DNA from: an uncultured Pirellulales bacterium
GTDB taxonomy: Bacteria; Planctomycetota; Phycisphaerae; Sedimentisphaerales; Anaerobacaceae
Assembly (NCBI GenBank): GCA_964568985.1
Contig: CAZMSP010000001.1
Location: 11,179 to 75,178, forward strand
DNA length: 64,000 bases
Direction of reading: 5' to 3'
This document shows positions 1 through 10,212 of the stretch, piece after piece. A model generated the notes under the pieces. The model did not search any database, was not told the origin of the DNA, and was given only the letters and a program-made list of their open reading frames with translations. A program made the position numbers and the translations under genes. The number at the start of each line of letters is the position of its first letter. Positions within the stretch are counted from its first letter, which is position 1.

Positions 1-96
1 GATGAAGAAGCCACGGCTGAGCTGAAGGTCGGAACGGTAAAATATTTCAAAGACATAGAGTCAGCCAACCTTGACCCGGCAACGCTCTCTCGTTAG
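1..96 (+). CDS. 3' end of an unidentified CDS running off the window start
   Basis: Frame 1 is open from base 1 to TAG at 94-96 (...DPATLSR*). Only 31 codons are visible and there is no diagnostic motif. Confidence 0.25.
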   Translation, partial: DEEATAELKVGTVKYFKDIESANLDPATLSR

Positions 97-133
97 GGCG
101 AAAGCTTAGCCCGATGATATTTTGGTGTATCTA

Positions 134-1327
134 CTATTCTTCAACCGCAGTTTCATCCTGAGGCTCAGCAGGTTTTACCGGACGAGGAGGTGGCATTGGT
201 CGGGTTTGAGGCATTCTCATTGTAGGTTCTTTGCCGGGTGGATAAACAATGTCGGCCTCGGCCTTGAGCGAGTCGATAAATTGTCCAGCCAGTTCGCGCT
301 GCTTTCTTTGCGTTAGCTGTTGTATTATCTCGTCTTTGACCTGCTCAAACGTTTTAGTCTCGGCGTCTTTGTGGTCGGTAACTTTTATTATGTGATATCC
401 AAATTGGGTTTCCACAATGTCGCTGACCTGTCCGGTTTCTAATTCAAACGCAGCTTTCTCAAAAGGCGGTACCATCTGACCCCTGCCGAAAGAACCCAAG
501 TCGCCGCCTTTTGCCGCTGACGGACAGGCAGAATTGGCTTTGGCCAACTCAGCGAAATCAGCACCGGCTTTGATTTGTTTAAGCAGTTCCTCGGTTTTTT
601 CTTTAGCCTCTGCCTTGGCCTCGTTCGGGTCGGTGTTAGGGTCGGTAGTGTCGGACTTTATAAGAATATGGCTTGCTTTGACTTGCTCGGGCACGTCGTA
701 CCGGCTTCGGTTTTGTTCATAATACTGATTGGCGTCTTCTACGGTAACGTTTATCTTGTCGGCAAGTTGGGCTTGCATAATTTTCTGAAACAGAAGTGCT
801 TTTCGAACATGTTGTTTTATTTCGTCAAAGTTTTGACCGAGTCCTTCCATTTTTTCCTTGAAATCCTCCATAGATATGGGCGGCCTCTGCATAGATGCTA
901 TTTCTCTAATTTGGCTATCCACTTCTTCGTCAGTAACCGCTATATTGGTTTGTCTCGCTTTTTCACCGAGTAGACGTTCGATAATTATTCTCTCCACGGC
1001 CTGTTGTCTGAGTACCTTTTTCATTTGCTCCATATATTCCGGCGGGCGATCTTGAACCTGTCTGGCCATTACAGCGAGCTGCGGCTCGAGCATTTTATCT
1101 ATCTCGCCCTCGGTAATCTCGACGCCATTGATGATAACGGCTACGCTGTCAGGACCTGTTTCAGTGACAGGGGCAGGTTTAACCAAATCGACATCGGTTT
1201 TGACCTTTGTTTCGTTAGGTTCGGGCGGAGATACCTCTGCTGTCTTACGCCGGCAGGAAAAGCAGCAGATAACACCGATTATCAAAAGACATACTAAAAG
1301 TTTTAAGCTGGTAAGATTGCTTTTCAT
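134..1327 (-). CDS. secreted/lipoprotein PpiC (parvulin)-type peptidyl-prolyl isomerase, SurA/PrsA/PpiD-like
   Basis: 397-aa ORF. Hydrophobic N-terminus with Cys (LLIIGVICCFSC). C-terminal parvulin signature ASHILIK...GGDLGSFGRGQMVPPFEKAAF...FGYHIIKV. Confidence 0.85.
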   Translation of the reverse strand: MKSNLTSLKLLVCLLIIGVICCFSCRRKTAEVSPPEPNETKVKTDVDLVKPAPVTETGPDSVAVIINGVEITEGEIDKMLEPQLAVMARQVQDRPPEYMEQMKKVLRQQAVERIIIERLLGEKARQTNIAVTDEEVDSQIREIASMQRPPISMEDFKEKMEGLGQNFDEIKQHVRKALLFQKIMQAQLADKINVTVEDANQYYEQNRSRYDVPEQVKASHILIKSDTTDPNTDPNEAKAEAKEKTEELLKQIKAGADFAELAKANSACPSAAKGGDLGSFGRGQMVPPFEKAAFELETGQVSDIVETQFGYHIIKVTDHKDAETKTFEQVKDEIIQQLTQRKQRELAGQFIDSLKAEADIVYPPGKEPTMRMPQTRPMPPPRPVKPAEPQDETAVEE

Positions 1328-1430
1328 AATTTGTCCTTTCTCGGATCAAAAGTATTAAAAACACTTCATAATAGGTGGTTTATTGTTTCACGAAAAGCTG
1401 AAACTGTCAAGAAAATTTTCTATTTTCAAC

Positions 1431-1500
1431 CACGGATTTCACAGATTTCACGGATTTTAGTCTTTGACTTTCTATTTTATCTGTGTAATCCGTGTAATCC
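1431..1500. repeat. inverted short-word array (GGATTTCAC / GTGTAATCC words)
   Basis: cacggatttcacagatttcacggatttt ... atctgtgtaatccgtgtaatcc. The two arms are approximate reverse complements. A related word occurs at 38150-38175. Confidence 0.7.
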
Positions 1501-1656
1501 TTCGACTACGCTCAGGACAGCGTCTGTGGTTAATTTTCCTTGATTTTCATACAGCATAGAATGAGGAACTCTTTGTAATAATTAGTGTTAAGTGATAAAA
1601 TTTCGACGTTGTAGAGCTCCTGCTTTCGCAGGGGCAAGCTTCAAAAAGGCTGTTTT

Positions 1657-2988
1657 ATGAATACAAATTTCGGCGATGATGCCAAAACAAAAGCTGCTTT
1701 GACCGGCAGAGAGCGAGTGCTGCGGGCGCTTGAATACAAAGAAGTGGACTGTGTTGCCCTGGATTTTGGAGGCACATTCGGCACAGGAGCCCACGTTAGT
1801 TTCATAGCGAAGTTGCGCCAAGTGCTTGGTATGCATAAAAAAGATGAGCCGGTAAAAATCATCGAGCCATATCAAATGCTCGGCGAAGTAGCTTCTGACC
1901 TGCAGGAAGTGCTCGGCATCGATATTGTTAATCTGCCCCGGCCTAAAAGCATTTTTGGCTTTAAGAATTCCGATTTTAAGCCATGGCGAACATTCGACGG
2001 AACAGATGTGCTGGTGCCGGGCAAGTTCAACACTGAGCCGGAACCGAATGGCGATATTTTGCAGTATCCGGAAGGAGACAAGTCGGCACCTGCTTCGGCG
2101 CGGATGCCCAAAGACGGATGCTATTTTGAGTTGATTATCCGACAGAAGCCGGTTGATGAGGCCAAGCTTAATCCGGCTGATAATCTTGAGGAGTTTTCTT
2201 TTATTAGCGATGAAGATTTGAAAATCTATGAGCAGCAGGCAAACGAACTTTATCAAAACACCGACCTTGCGATAGTAGCAGGATTTCCGGGCACGGCCTT
2301 TGGGGATATTACATTAGTTCCGGCACCGGCTTTGAGGCGTCCAAAAGGAATTCGTGACATTGAAGAATGGTACATCAGCACGGTTACACGGAAAGAATAT
2401 ATTAAAGAGGTCTTTGCGGGCCAGGCAGAAATCGCGATTAAAAATCTCGAAAGGATTTATGATGCGGTGGGCAATAAAGTACATGTTGTCCTGCTGGATA
2501 CTACAGACCTGGCGGCGCAGGATACGCTATTTTGCAGTCCTCAGGGTTATCGCGAACTTTATCTGCCGTTCAGCAAGAAACTCAACGACTGGATTCACTC
2601 TCATACCGAATGGAAAGCGATGAAACATTGCTGCGGCTGCTGCGAGCCATTGATAGAGTGCTTTATAGAAGCCGGTTTCGATATTTTAAGTCCTGTGCAA
2701 ACCTCCGCCAAAGGTATGGACCCGAAACATCTAATTGATAAATACGGCGGCAGAATCGTCTTCTGGGGAGGCGTGGATGCACAAAAGGCTCTGCAATTCG
2801 GAAAGCCTGACGAAGTACGCCGGCAGGTTGCTGAACAGCTGCGAATATTCAATCCTTTGACGGTAAGCTCAGGACAGTCGAACCGAAAAACCAATGGATT
2901 TGTTTTCGGTACGGTTCATAATATCCAGTGCAATACGCCGGTTGAAAATGTACTGACAGTGTTTGAGGCACTTGGACGAAGGCTATAA
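1657..2988 (+). CDS. uroporphyrinogen decarboxylase (URO-D) family protein
   Basis: 443-aa ORF with overall URO-D/MtaA-like sequence character (GFPGTAFG, GGRIVFWGGVD, FGTVHNIQ). Specific activity is not inferable. Confidence 0.6.
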   Translation: MNTNFGDDAKTKAALTGRERVLRALEYKEVDCVALDFGGTFGTGAHVSFIAKLRQVLGMHKKDEPVKIIEPYQMLGEVASDLQEVLGIDIVNLPRPKSIFGFKNSDFKPWRTFDGTDVLVPGKFNTEPEPNGDILQYPEGDKSAPASARMPKDGCYFELIIRQKPVDEAKLNPADNLEEFSFISDEDLKIYEQQANELYQNTDLAIVAGFPGTAFGDITLVPAPALRRPKGIRDIEEWYISTVTRKEYIKEVFAGQAEIAIKNLERIYDAVGNKVHVVLLDTTDLAAQDTLFCSPQGYRELYLPFSKKLNDWIHSHTEWKAMKHCCGCCEPLIECFIEAGFDILSPVQTSAKGMDPKHLIDKYGGRIVFWGGVDAQKALQFGKPDEVRRQVAEQLRIFNPLTVSSGQSNRKTNGFVFGTVHNIQCNTPVENVLTVFEALGRRL

Positions 2989-3018
2989 GGGACAAAACTG
3001 TGAAGACCGGAGTTTAAG

Positions 3019-3438
3019 ATGGATTTTCCCAAACGAGCAATTATCCAAAGTCATACGATAACCATTGTGCCACGATATGCAGAAACCGACAAGGCCGGCG
3101 TGGTGCATCATAGTGTCTATCCGGTGTGGTTCGAGATGGGTAGAACCGAGCTGCTGCGGGCCAACGGCTTAGCATACAAAGACCTCGAAGAAACAGGTGT
3201 ATTCTTTGTTGTGGCTGAATTAAATATAAAGTATCGTAGAGCTGCCTTCTACGATGAAAAGCTGCTGTTGCATACGAGCTGTACAGGCGTAACTGCCAGC
3301 AGGGTTGAGCACAGCTATGAACTCACCCGCGAAGATAACGGACTGGTCTTAGCCGAAGGCACAAGTATCCTTGCCTGCGTGGATTCCGATGGAAAGGTCC
3401 GACGAATACCTGAATTTATGTATCCTCAAGAAGATTAG
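3019..3438 (+). CDS. 4HBT/YbgC-type acyl-CoA thioesterase
   Basis: 139 aa. Hotdog-fold N-terminal signature VPRYAETDKAGVVHHSVYPVWFEMGRTELLR. Confidence 0.8.
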   Translation: MDFPKRAIIQSHTITIVPRYAETDKAGVVHHSVYPVWFEMGRTELLRANGLAYKDLEETGVFFVVAELNIKYRRAAFYDEKLLLHTSCTGVTASRVEHSYELTREDNGLVLAEGTSILACVDSDGKVRRIPEFMYPQED

Positions 3439-3456
3439 TCCCACCAAGAGTTTAAT

Positions 3457-4212
3457 ATGATAGTGTTATTAACAGACTTTGGCTAAGGTGAATATGTGGG
3501 TGTGATGAAAGGGGTCATTTACAGTATCGACCCGGATGCAAAAATCGTTGACTTATGTCACGATATTTCGCCTCAAAATATCATCGAGGCATCGTGGGTT
3601 CTAAAAAATAATTACAAATACTTTCCCAAAGGAGCTGTCTTTTGCTGTGTGGTTGACCCAGGCGTAGGGACAGAAAGAAAAGCATTGGCGGTAAAAGCGG
3701 AAAATTTCTATTTTGTAGCACCGGACAACGGCCTGCTCTGGGAAACGCTTGGCTCGCCTAGTCCATCCGAGATGCTTGGTGAGCAGAAAGTTCTGGATAT
3801 AAGGCAAATTCCCGTCCCGCCTGAGGCCAGCAGAACATTTCACGGCAGAGATGTATTTGCAAAAGCGGCTGCAAACGTCGATCAAGGCAAGTTCGATACC
3901 ATAGGCGAAAGAACAGAAAAAATCGAAAAACTGGAGCTTTATCTTGATGGCAGAACAGGGATAGTGGTGAGAATCGACAGGTTCGGAAACATCGTAACCA
4001 ATTTAGTCAGACATAAAAGGGGCAAATATGCCGTAGAAATAGGCGATAATAAGAAGTATACGATGAGATACTATCCTAATTATGACTCATCCAAAGAGGG
4101 TGAGCTTTTTCTGATAGTCGGTTCAAACAACACGCTGGAGATTAGCTTGAAAAATGCAAGTGCAAATGATAAACTCCACATCAAAGTTGGACAGAGGATA
4201 ATAATATCATAA
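3457..4212 (+). pseudogene. SAM hydroxide adenosyltransferase family (DUF62) gene interrupted by an in-frame TAA at 3484-3486
   Basis: ATG 3457 encodes MIVLLTDFG, then TAA, then in the same frame GEYVGVMKGVIYSIDPDAKIVDLCHDI...VVDPGVGTERK. Together this reconstitutes the conserved family N-terminus. The ORF track starts only at GTG 3496. Confidence 0.7.
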
Positions 4213-4289
4213 AAGGTTCTTTTTTGAACGCAACATTATCTGATACTATGCTGGATTCCGCCTCTGGCGGATAAACCTCGATAGAACTG

Positions 4290-5525
4290 TCAGTGTGCTG
4301 GTCCGCTGGTTAGCGCGAATATATAAGCTGAGCCGGAGTTCTTTCCCTTGTCATCATCAAATATCGCCCCCACGATTGTCTTATCGCCGTTTATGAAAAC
4401 AGACCTGCCAAACCAGTCTTTGGCAGCACCATCTAAGGCGGTGAGCTTTTGCTGCTGAACCCAGTTCGTGCCGTCCCACCTGAATATATAAGCCGAGCCG
4501 GAGTCATTTCCTTTGTCATTGTCGCCCCACGCCCCCACAATTGCCAAATCGCCGCTGATAGAAACAGAGAAGCCAAAGTGGTCGCTCTCAGCACCATCTA
4601 TGGCCAACAGTTTTGCCTGCTGGACCCAGCCAGTGTCATCCCATCTGAATATGTAAGCCGAGCCGGAGTTAGTTCCCAAATCGTCATCCCAATACGCCCC
4701 CACGATTATCTTATCGCTGCATATAGAGACAGAAATGCCAAACGAGTCTCCGAGGACACTATCTGCGGCGGTAATCTTTTGTTGCCGTACCCAGCGAGTG
4801 CCATACAACAACCTGTATATATAAGCTGAGCCAGACTCAGCTCCCCCATCGTCATCGCCATGAGCCCCCACAATTATCTTATCTCCGCTTATAGAGACAG
4901 ATTTGCCAAACCCGTCACCAGGTTCCCCATCGGCAGCGGTGAGCTTTTGCTGCTGGCTCCAGTTAGTACCATCCCGCTTGAATATATAAGCCGAGCCTCT
5001 GTTGTCGTCGCAAAACGCCCCCACGACGGCATAACCGCCGCTTATAGAAACGATACCAAAGCAGTCGCCGAGAACGCCATCCGAGGCGATGAGCTTTGCC
5101 TGTTGAACCCAGTTGGTGCCATTCCGCCGGAATATATAAGCCGCGCCGCTGTTATTAAAATTGCCATCGCCATGACGTGCCCCCACAATGGCATAATCGC
5201 CGCTTATAGAAACAGAATTGCCAAACCAATGGCCATCATTAGCATCTGCGGCAGTGAGCTTTTGCTGCTGAATCCAGCCAGTGCCATCCCACCTGAATAT
5301 ATAAGCCGCGCCGGAGTCGACCCCCTTGTCATTATCGTTAGCTGCCCCCATGATGGCATAATCGCCACTTATAGAAACAGAGATACCAAAATGATCATTG
5401 ACCTGCCCGTCTGTGGCGGTGAGCTTGGCCTTTTGCAGCCAGGCGGTATCAGCCCTTGCCGACTCCAAAAGCACAAGAGAGCACAAAATCACTACTCCGC
5501 TAAGGAGATGGCGGATAGGTATCAT
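4290..5525 (-). CDS. secreted FG-GAP-like beta-propeller repeat protein
   Basis: At least 7 tandem ~50-aa repeats (FGxSVSISGDYAIVGA..DD..G..SGSAYIFRWDGTxWxQQQKLTAxDG). Signal peptide MIPIRHLLSGVVILCSLVLLESARA from ATG 5525. The ORF is open upstream to 5588. Confidence 0.8.
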   Translation of the reverse strand: MIPIRHLLSGVVILCSLVLLESARADTAWLQKAKLTATDGQVNDHFGISVSISGDYAIMGAANDNDKGVDSGAAYIFRWDGTGWIQQQKLTAADANDGHWFGNSVSISGDYAIVGARHGDGNFNNSGAAYIFRRNGTNWVQQAKLIASDGVLGDCFGIVSISGGYAVVGAFCDDNRGSAYIFKRDGTNWSQQQKLTAADGEPGDGFGKSVSISGDKIIVGAHGDDDGGAESGSAYIYRLLYGTRWVRQQKITAADSVLGDSFGISVSICSDKIIVGAYWDDDLGTNSGSAYIFRWDDTGWVQQAKLLAIDGAESDHFGFSVSISGDLAIVGAWGDNDKGNDSGSAYIFRWDGTNWVQQQKLTALDGAAKDWFGRSVFINGDKTIVGAIFDDDKGKNSGSAYIFALTSGPAH

Positions 5526-5810
5526 ACACAACCATATTTTCTTTCTCTCGCCATTCAACACAACTAAACTCCCTTTCATCTTCACCAAGCTATTGTTTAA
5601 TTATTATACCACAAAAAGCCTAAAGAATTCAAGTAAAAAAGATGCTTGACTGGCAATAATAGATGCTGGATACTGAATACTCGATGCTTGATGTTATGTT
5701 TAGTCCGGTAAAAAAGGGAGAAACATCTGGATATCGAAGGGAAATTTAGCTTGTTAGGTTAGATTATTCGCTCAGCTCAGGATGACAAGCATCGAGAAGC
5801 GAGAAACGAG

Positions 5811-7238
5811 ATGAAAGAAAGTTGTGGTCTTTTCGGTATATTTGGCGACCCGGAAGCTGTTGAAAAGACTTACTTCGGCTTACATAGTCTGCAACACCGC
5901 GGGCAGGAATCAGCAGGAATCGCCACCAGCGACGGTGAATTTATCCAGTGCTATACAGGTATGGGCACGGTAAGCAGGGTCTTCCGCAGCGGCTCAAACA
6001 TCCTTCAGAAGCTGCGTAATCCGATAGCGATCGGTCATGTGCGGTATTCGACAACCGGTGCCAGTAAAGCGGTGAACAGTCAGCCGCTCTTAGCAGAATA
6101 CTCCCGCGGGCAGGTTGCAGTAGCACATAACGGCAACCTTATAAATGCTGCGCTTATGCGTGACGAATACGAGGCCTATGGCAGCATATTCAAATCGACA
6201 TGCGATACGGAAGTTATTATTCACCTGCTTGCCAAGCCGACACACACCAATGATCCCGACCCAGTGGCGCATCTATTGAACCATCTGCAGGGGGCATATT
6301 GTCTTTTGTTTTTGTTTGACGACCACATTGAGGCGGCCCGCGACCCTTACGGTTTCAGGCCTTTGTGCATTGGCCAAACAGAAAACGGCAGCTATGTTTT
6401 CGCCAGCGAGAACTGCGCCTTCGACATTATAAACGTAAAGTTCATTCGTGAGGTTGAACCTGGCGAAATCATTCGGCTGGATGAGAAGGGTCTATCCAGC
6501 AGATTTTTTGTTCAGCCGGGTACTGTTACGCCGGCCCATTGCATCTTCGAGCACATCTATTTCGCCAAGCAAAATAGCACAATCTTCGGCGAAAACGTGC
6601 ATGAGTTTAGAAAAAAGCTTGGCAGACAACTGGCAATAGAACATCCTGTTGATGCAGATGTCGTAATACCCGTTCCGGACTCAGGTACCTCAGCGGCAAT
6701 CGGCTACGCAGAGCAGAGCAAAATACCATTCGATATGGGAATGGTTAGAAGCCATTACATAGGCAGAACATTTATCTCGCCGGACCAGAAATTAAGAGAG
6801 TTGCAGGTCAAACTCAAACTGGCAATGGTAAAAGAGGTCGTCGTCGGAAAACGCGTTGTAGTTGTAGATGATTCCATAGTTCGCGGCACAACTACCAGAG
6901 GCAAGATCAGAACGTTACGCCAGGCAGGCGCAAAAGAAATCCATATGCGGGTGAGCTGTCCGCCGCTGCGGTTTCCCTGCTTTTATGGCGTGGATTTTCC
7001 CACTAAAGAAGAACTGCTGGCGAATAATCGCAATCTGGAGCAAATCAGAGATTTTCTTGAGGTCGATAGTGTGGGCTACCTGTCACTTGAAGGAATGCTA
7101 TCCTGCGCAACGCTTGCGAAAGATCACTATTGCACTGCCTGCTGGACAGGTAAATACCCTGTCCAGCCTGATTGCACAGTCAATAAGTTTGCTATGGAAA
7201 GATACCAGATGCAGATGTTTGACGAAACCGATACTTGA
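5811..7238 (+). CDS. purF: amidophosphoribosyltransferase
   Basis: N-terminal CGLFGIFG Ntn-amidotransferase motif. PRTase motif VVVVDDSIVRGTT. C-terminal Cys ligands. 475 aa. Confidence 0.95.
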   Translation: MKESCGLFGIFGDPEAVEKTYFGLHSLQHRGQESAGIATSDGEFIQCYTGMGTVSRVFRSGSNILQKLRNPIAIGHVRYSTTGASKAVNSQPLLAEYSRGQVAVAHNGNLINAALMRDEYEAYGSIFKSTCDTEVIIHLLAKPTHTNDPDPVAHLLNHLQGAYCLLFLFDDHIEAARDPYGFRPLCIGQTENGSYVFASENCAFDIINVKFIREVEPGEIIRLDEKGLSSRFFVQPGTVTPAHCIFEHIYFAKQNSTIFGENVHEFRKKLGRQLAIEHPVDADVVIPVPDSGTSAAIGYAEQSKIPFDMGMVRSHYIGRTFISPDQKLRELQVKLKLAMVKEVVVGKRVVVVDDSIVRGTTTRGKIRTLRQAGAKEIHMRVSCPPLRFPCFYGVDFPTKEELLANNRNLEQIRDFLEVDSVGYLSLEGMLSCATLAKDHYCTACWTGKYPVQPDCTVNKFAMERYQMQMFDETDT

Positions 7239-7249
7239 TATGAGAACAA

Positions 7250-8320
7250 ATGAGTAAATATGTTACATATGAACAATCAGGTGTGGGCATCGATGCTAAC
7301 GACGAGATGGTCGAGAGAATCCATGAGCACGTTTTGAGCACCTTCGGGCCGAGGGTTATCGAATCCAAAAATGCCTTTGCAGGGATGTTTCGTCTGGACT
7401 ATGATGAACGGCTGTTCAAAAAAAACTATAAGAATCCAGTGCTGGTTGCCTGCACAGACGGCGTCGGCAGCAAGGTACAGCTCGCCAGCAAGATAAAAAA
7501 GTATGACACTGTGGGGATTGACCTTGTTGCGATGAACGTCAACGATATGCTTGTACAGGGAGCTGAACCGTTATTTTTTCTGGACTATCTGGCGGTACAC
7601 AAACTTGAGCCGAAGATAATAGCTGAGATGGTAAAAGGCATCGCATCTGGCTGCCGGCAGGCCGACTGTGCACTAATCGGCGGTGAAACTGCCGAGATGC
7701 CGGATACATACGCCAAAGGTGATTTAGATATGGCAGGATTTGCAGTTGGTGTAGTAGAACGCAAAAAAATCATTACGACAAACAACGTAAGAGTAGGTGA
7801 CATTATTTTAGGCCTGGCTTCGAGCGGGCTGCACTCCAACGGCTATGCGCTTGTTCGCAATATCTGCTTCAAGCAGAAAAATCTGAAGATGATGGATACT
7901 TTAGATGAGCTTGATGGTGCGGTGCTGGGCGACATACTGCTGGAGCCGACGCGGATTTACGTTCGGCCGATAGTGAGACTATTAAGCCAGTATAAGGTCA
8001 AGAAAATCGTCCACGGTATGGCACATATAACCGGCGGAGGACTGGTAGGAAATATTCCACGAGTGCTGCCGAAAAACTGCAATGCGGTGATTAAAAAAGA
8101 TAGCTGGCCAAAACATAAAATATTTACATTTCTGCAAAAGGCAGGTCCCATTGAAGAAGCCGAAATGTTCAGGGTATTTAATATGGGCATCGGTTTTGTG
8201 CTGATAGTGGCCGAGGACTTCGCAAATGCCATCGCTAGAAAATTGACCAGGTTCGGTGAGAAGGTCTATAAAATAGGCAGAATCACTACGGGGACAGGAA
8301 AGGTGGTTTATGGAAAATAG
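7250..8320 (+). CDS. purM: phosphoribosylformylglycinamidine cyclo-ligase (AIR synthetase)
   Basis: 356 aa with DGVGSKV, GIDLVAMNVNDMLVQGAEPLFFLDY and GGETAEMP motifs. Directly follows purF. Confidence 0.95.
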   Translation: MSKYVTYEQSGVGIDANDEMVERIHEHVLSTFGPRVIESKNAFAGMFRLDYDERLFKKNYKNPVLVACTDGVGSKVQLASKIKKYDTVGIDLVAMNVNDMLVQGAEPLFFLDYLAVHKLEPKIIAEMVKGIASGCRQADCALIGGETAEMPDTYAKGDLDMAGFAVGVVERKKIITTNNVRVGDIILGLASSGLHSNGYALVRNICFKQKNLKMMDTLDELDGAVLGDILLEPTRIYVRPIVRLLSQYKVKKIVHGMAHITGGGLVGNIPRVLPKNCNAVIKKDSWPKHKIFTFLQKAGPIEEAEMFRVFNMGIGFVLIVAEDFANAIARKLTRFGEKVYKIGRITTGTGKVVYGK

Positions 8321-8759
8321 AACCGTATTATTTGTGGATGATGACACAGTGATACGAATGGCGCTCCAAAGAGACCTTGAGGGTGAGCCATACAATAAAC
8401 TTTTCGCCAAAGGTGCCGACGAGGCGATGGAAATCCTGGCGAATAAGGAGGTGCACGTAATTGTAACAGATATGCGTATGCCAGGCATAGGGGGGCTGGA
8501 CCTTCTTCGAATAGTCAAGGAGGCATTTCCTAATATTATCCGGCTGGTTCTCTCGGGATATATGCAGCCGACGACTCTACTGACGGCAATCAATGACGGA
8601 GAGATTTTCAAGTACATCACCAAGCCGTGGAAAGAGGAAGGTCAGCTAAAGAGGATTATCCGGGATGCGATAGACCTCTATAACCTTCGGAATGACCGCG
8701 ATATGCTGATAGCGGAATTGAATAAGTACAAGAGCCAAAGCCATACAATCAGCAAGTAG
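8310..8759 (+). CDS. stand-alone response-regulator receiver protein
   Basis: 149 aa with VLFVDDD, TDMRMPGIGGLDLL, LSGY and KYITKPW receiver motifs. Overlaps the purM end by 11 nt. Confidence 0.85.
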   Translation: MENRTVLFVDDDTVIRMALQRDLEGEPYNKLFAKGADEAMEILANKEVHVIVTDMRMPGIGGLDLLRIVKEAFPNIIRLVLSGYMQPTTLLTAINDGEIFKYITKPWKEEGQLKRIIRDAIDLYNLRNDRDMLIAELNKYKSQSHTISK

Positions 8760-8777
8760 CTTGTGCCACAGGTAGCT

Positions 8778-8830
8778 CTTGCTGATGCTACTCTGCGAAG
8801 TCCCTTAGGGACGAAGCACGAGTCGCAAAG
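8778..8830. repeat. dispersed REP-like element CTTGCT..ACTCTGCGAAG-x-CGAAGCACGAGTCGCA (copy 1)
   Basis: The same core is found reverse-complemented at 38660-38697. Confidence 0.65.
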
Positions 8831-8858
8831 TAACGGGACGTAGAGAAAGGCACCGGCT

Positions 8859-9911
8859 ATGCGTGGTGTGGGCAAGTTCGTTATTGCAGCGGTCATTTAT
8901 GCGGGCTTTGCTGTATATTTATTTCTGCCGCATTTTAAGAACTTCGATAGATTACAATATTCCCTGCCGATTAACATTTGTCTTGGGTGTTTGGGCTGCT
9001 ACGTTTTGAGTCGGCGGTGGGTGGGTGCATTTGCCGGCTCGCTTTTTGCAGGAGCTATCTATGGCTTCGGGTCATATATACTTGGGCTGCTTGAATTCCA
9101 CCCGGCAGCAATACTTTTGGCTGCAGCTATACCATGGCTTTTCTGCCCCGCAGCATTTATCCTGTCCCGAGCATGGCCTGCACTGAGCATAGCCGAAGTG
9201 TCGAGGGAGCATAAGCGCAAGTGGCACTGGCTAAGTGTGCTGCTATCGACTTTGCCGTTTGTGATAATAATACTGTTCTTTCAGGCGGCCGCACACTGGC
9301 GTTTATTTCCAATTCCGACACAGGCCCAGGTCCATTTATCCGACCTGTCCGGCCTGTTAGCGCCACTGATTATGGTCGGCCGAAGCATAACTCAGGTTGG
9401 CTTTTATCATGTCCCTATAGCAGCGCTGATTATGGGATTCTTGATGCTGCTGTCAGCTCGGCGATACGGCATAATTATAATTTTCGCTCTCGGCACAATA
9501 TTGGCCTTTTGCGATTCTTTTTTAAGTGTCAGTCCAATTATATGGTTAAGCGTTCCCGTCCTATGTTGCTCGGTGCTTATAGGTGAAGGAATGCAGGGCC
9601 TCGCCCTGGCTGGTGGTGCCGACAGAAAATGGGTTCTGGCAATAGTTGTTTCTATGGGTATCCTTGCCATTGTGACACTGCTTCTGGCGACGAAAAACTT
9701 TGAAGTTTTTGCCGGCTTAGGTAAAGACGCTGCACGACTGTTCACCGATACCGCCAAGCTTTATATCCTCGGTGCCGTCGCAACCGCTATCATATTCTTT
9801 ATGGCCCGTGGGAAAAAACGCATGCTTATCCTGCGATGGATTGTCCTCTGTTCAGCTATGGCAGTCGATATTTTCCTCAGCGCAAGATTCATCGTTGATA
9901 GGACCTTTTGA
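8859..9911 (+). CDS. polytopic inner-membrane protein, function unknown
   Basis: 350 aa with about 10 hydrophobic segments and an ATG start. No catalytic motif recognised. Confidence 0.6.
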   Translation: MRGVGKFVIAAVIYAGFAVYLFLPHFKNFDRLQYSLPINICLGCLGCYVLSRRWVGAFAGSLFAGAIYGFGSYILGLLEFHPAAILLAAAIPWLFCPAAFILSRAWPALSIAEVSREHKRKWHWLSVLLSTLPFVIIILFFQAAAHWRLFPIPTQAQVHLSDLSGLLAPLIMVGRSITQVGFYHVPIAALIMGFLMLLSARRYGIIIIFALGTILAFCDSFLSVSPIIWLSVPVLCCSVLIGEGMQGLALAGGADRKWVLAIVVSMGILAIVTLLLATKNFEVFAGLGKDAARLFTDTAKLYILGAVATAIIFFMARGKKRMLILRWIVLCSAMAVDIFLSARFIVDRTF

Positions 9912-9924
9912 AGTAAAAATCAAA

Positions 9925-10212
9925 TTACGAGCTGAAGGTCTCTCGTTCGACTTGGCCGAGGTAGAATCGGCCATCGTTTTGCATAAACTTGATGATGGCG
10001 TCAAGCTGTTGATGAATGAAACTGTTATCATTCGATACTATTGCTATCGCAATTACCGCGGCTGTTTTGCTGTCTTGATGGTCAACCTCTGAAATGGAAA
10101 TATTGAATCTGCTTTTCAGCCGGCCGGTCAGGCCTTTGACTATGCTGCGCTTTTGCTTTAGCGAAGCTACGCCCTGCAAATTCAATTGGGCTTTCAAAAC
10201 GCCAATAATCAT
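9925..10212 (-). CDS. DUF503 (YlxP-like) small protein
   Basis: 95 aa. MIIGVLKAQLNLQGVASLKQKRSIVKGL..RLKSRFNISISEVDHQD pattern typical of DUF503. Confidence 0.7.
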   Translation of the reverse strand: MIIGVLKAQLNLQGVASLKQKRSIVKGLTGRLKSRFNISISEVDHQDSKTAAVIAIAIVSNDNSFIHQQLDAIIKFMQNDGRFYLGQVERETFSS

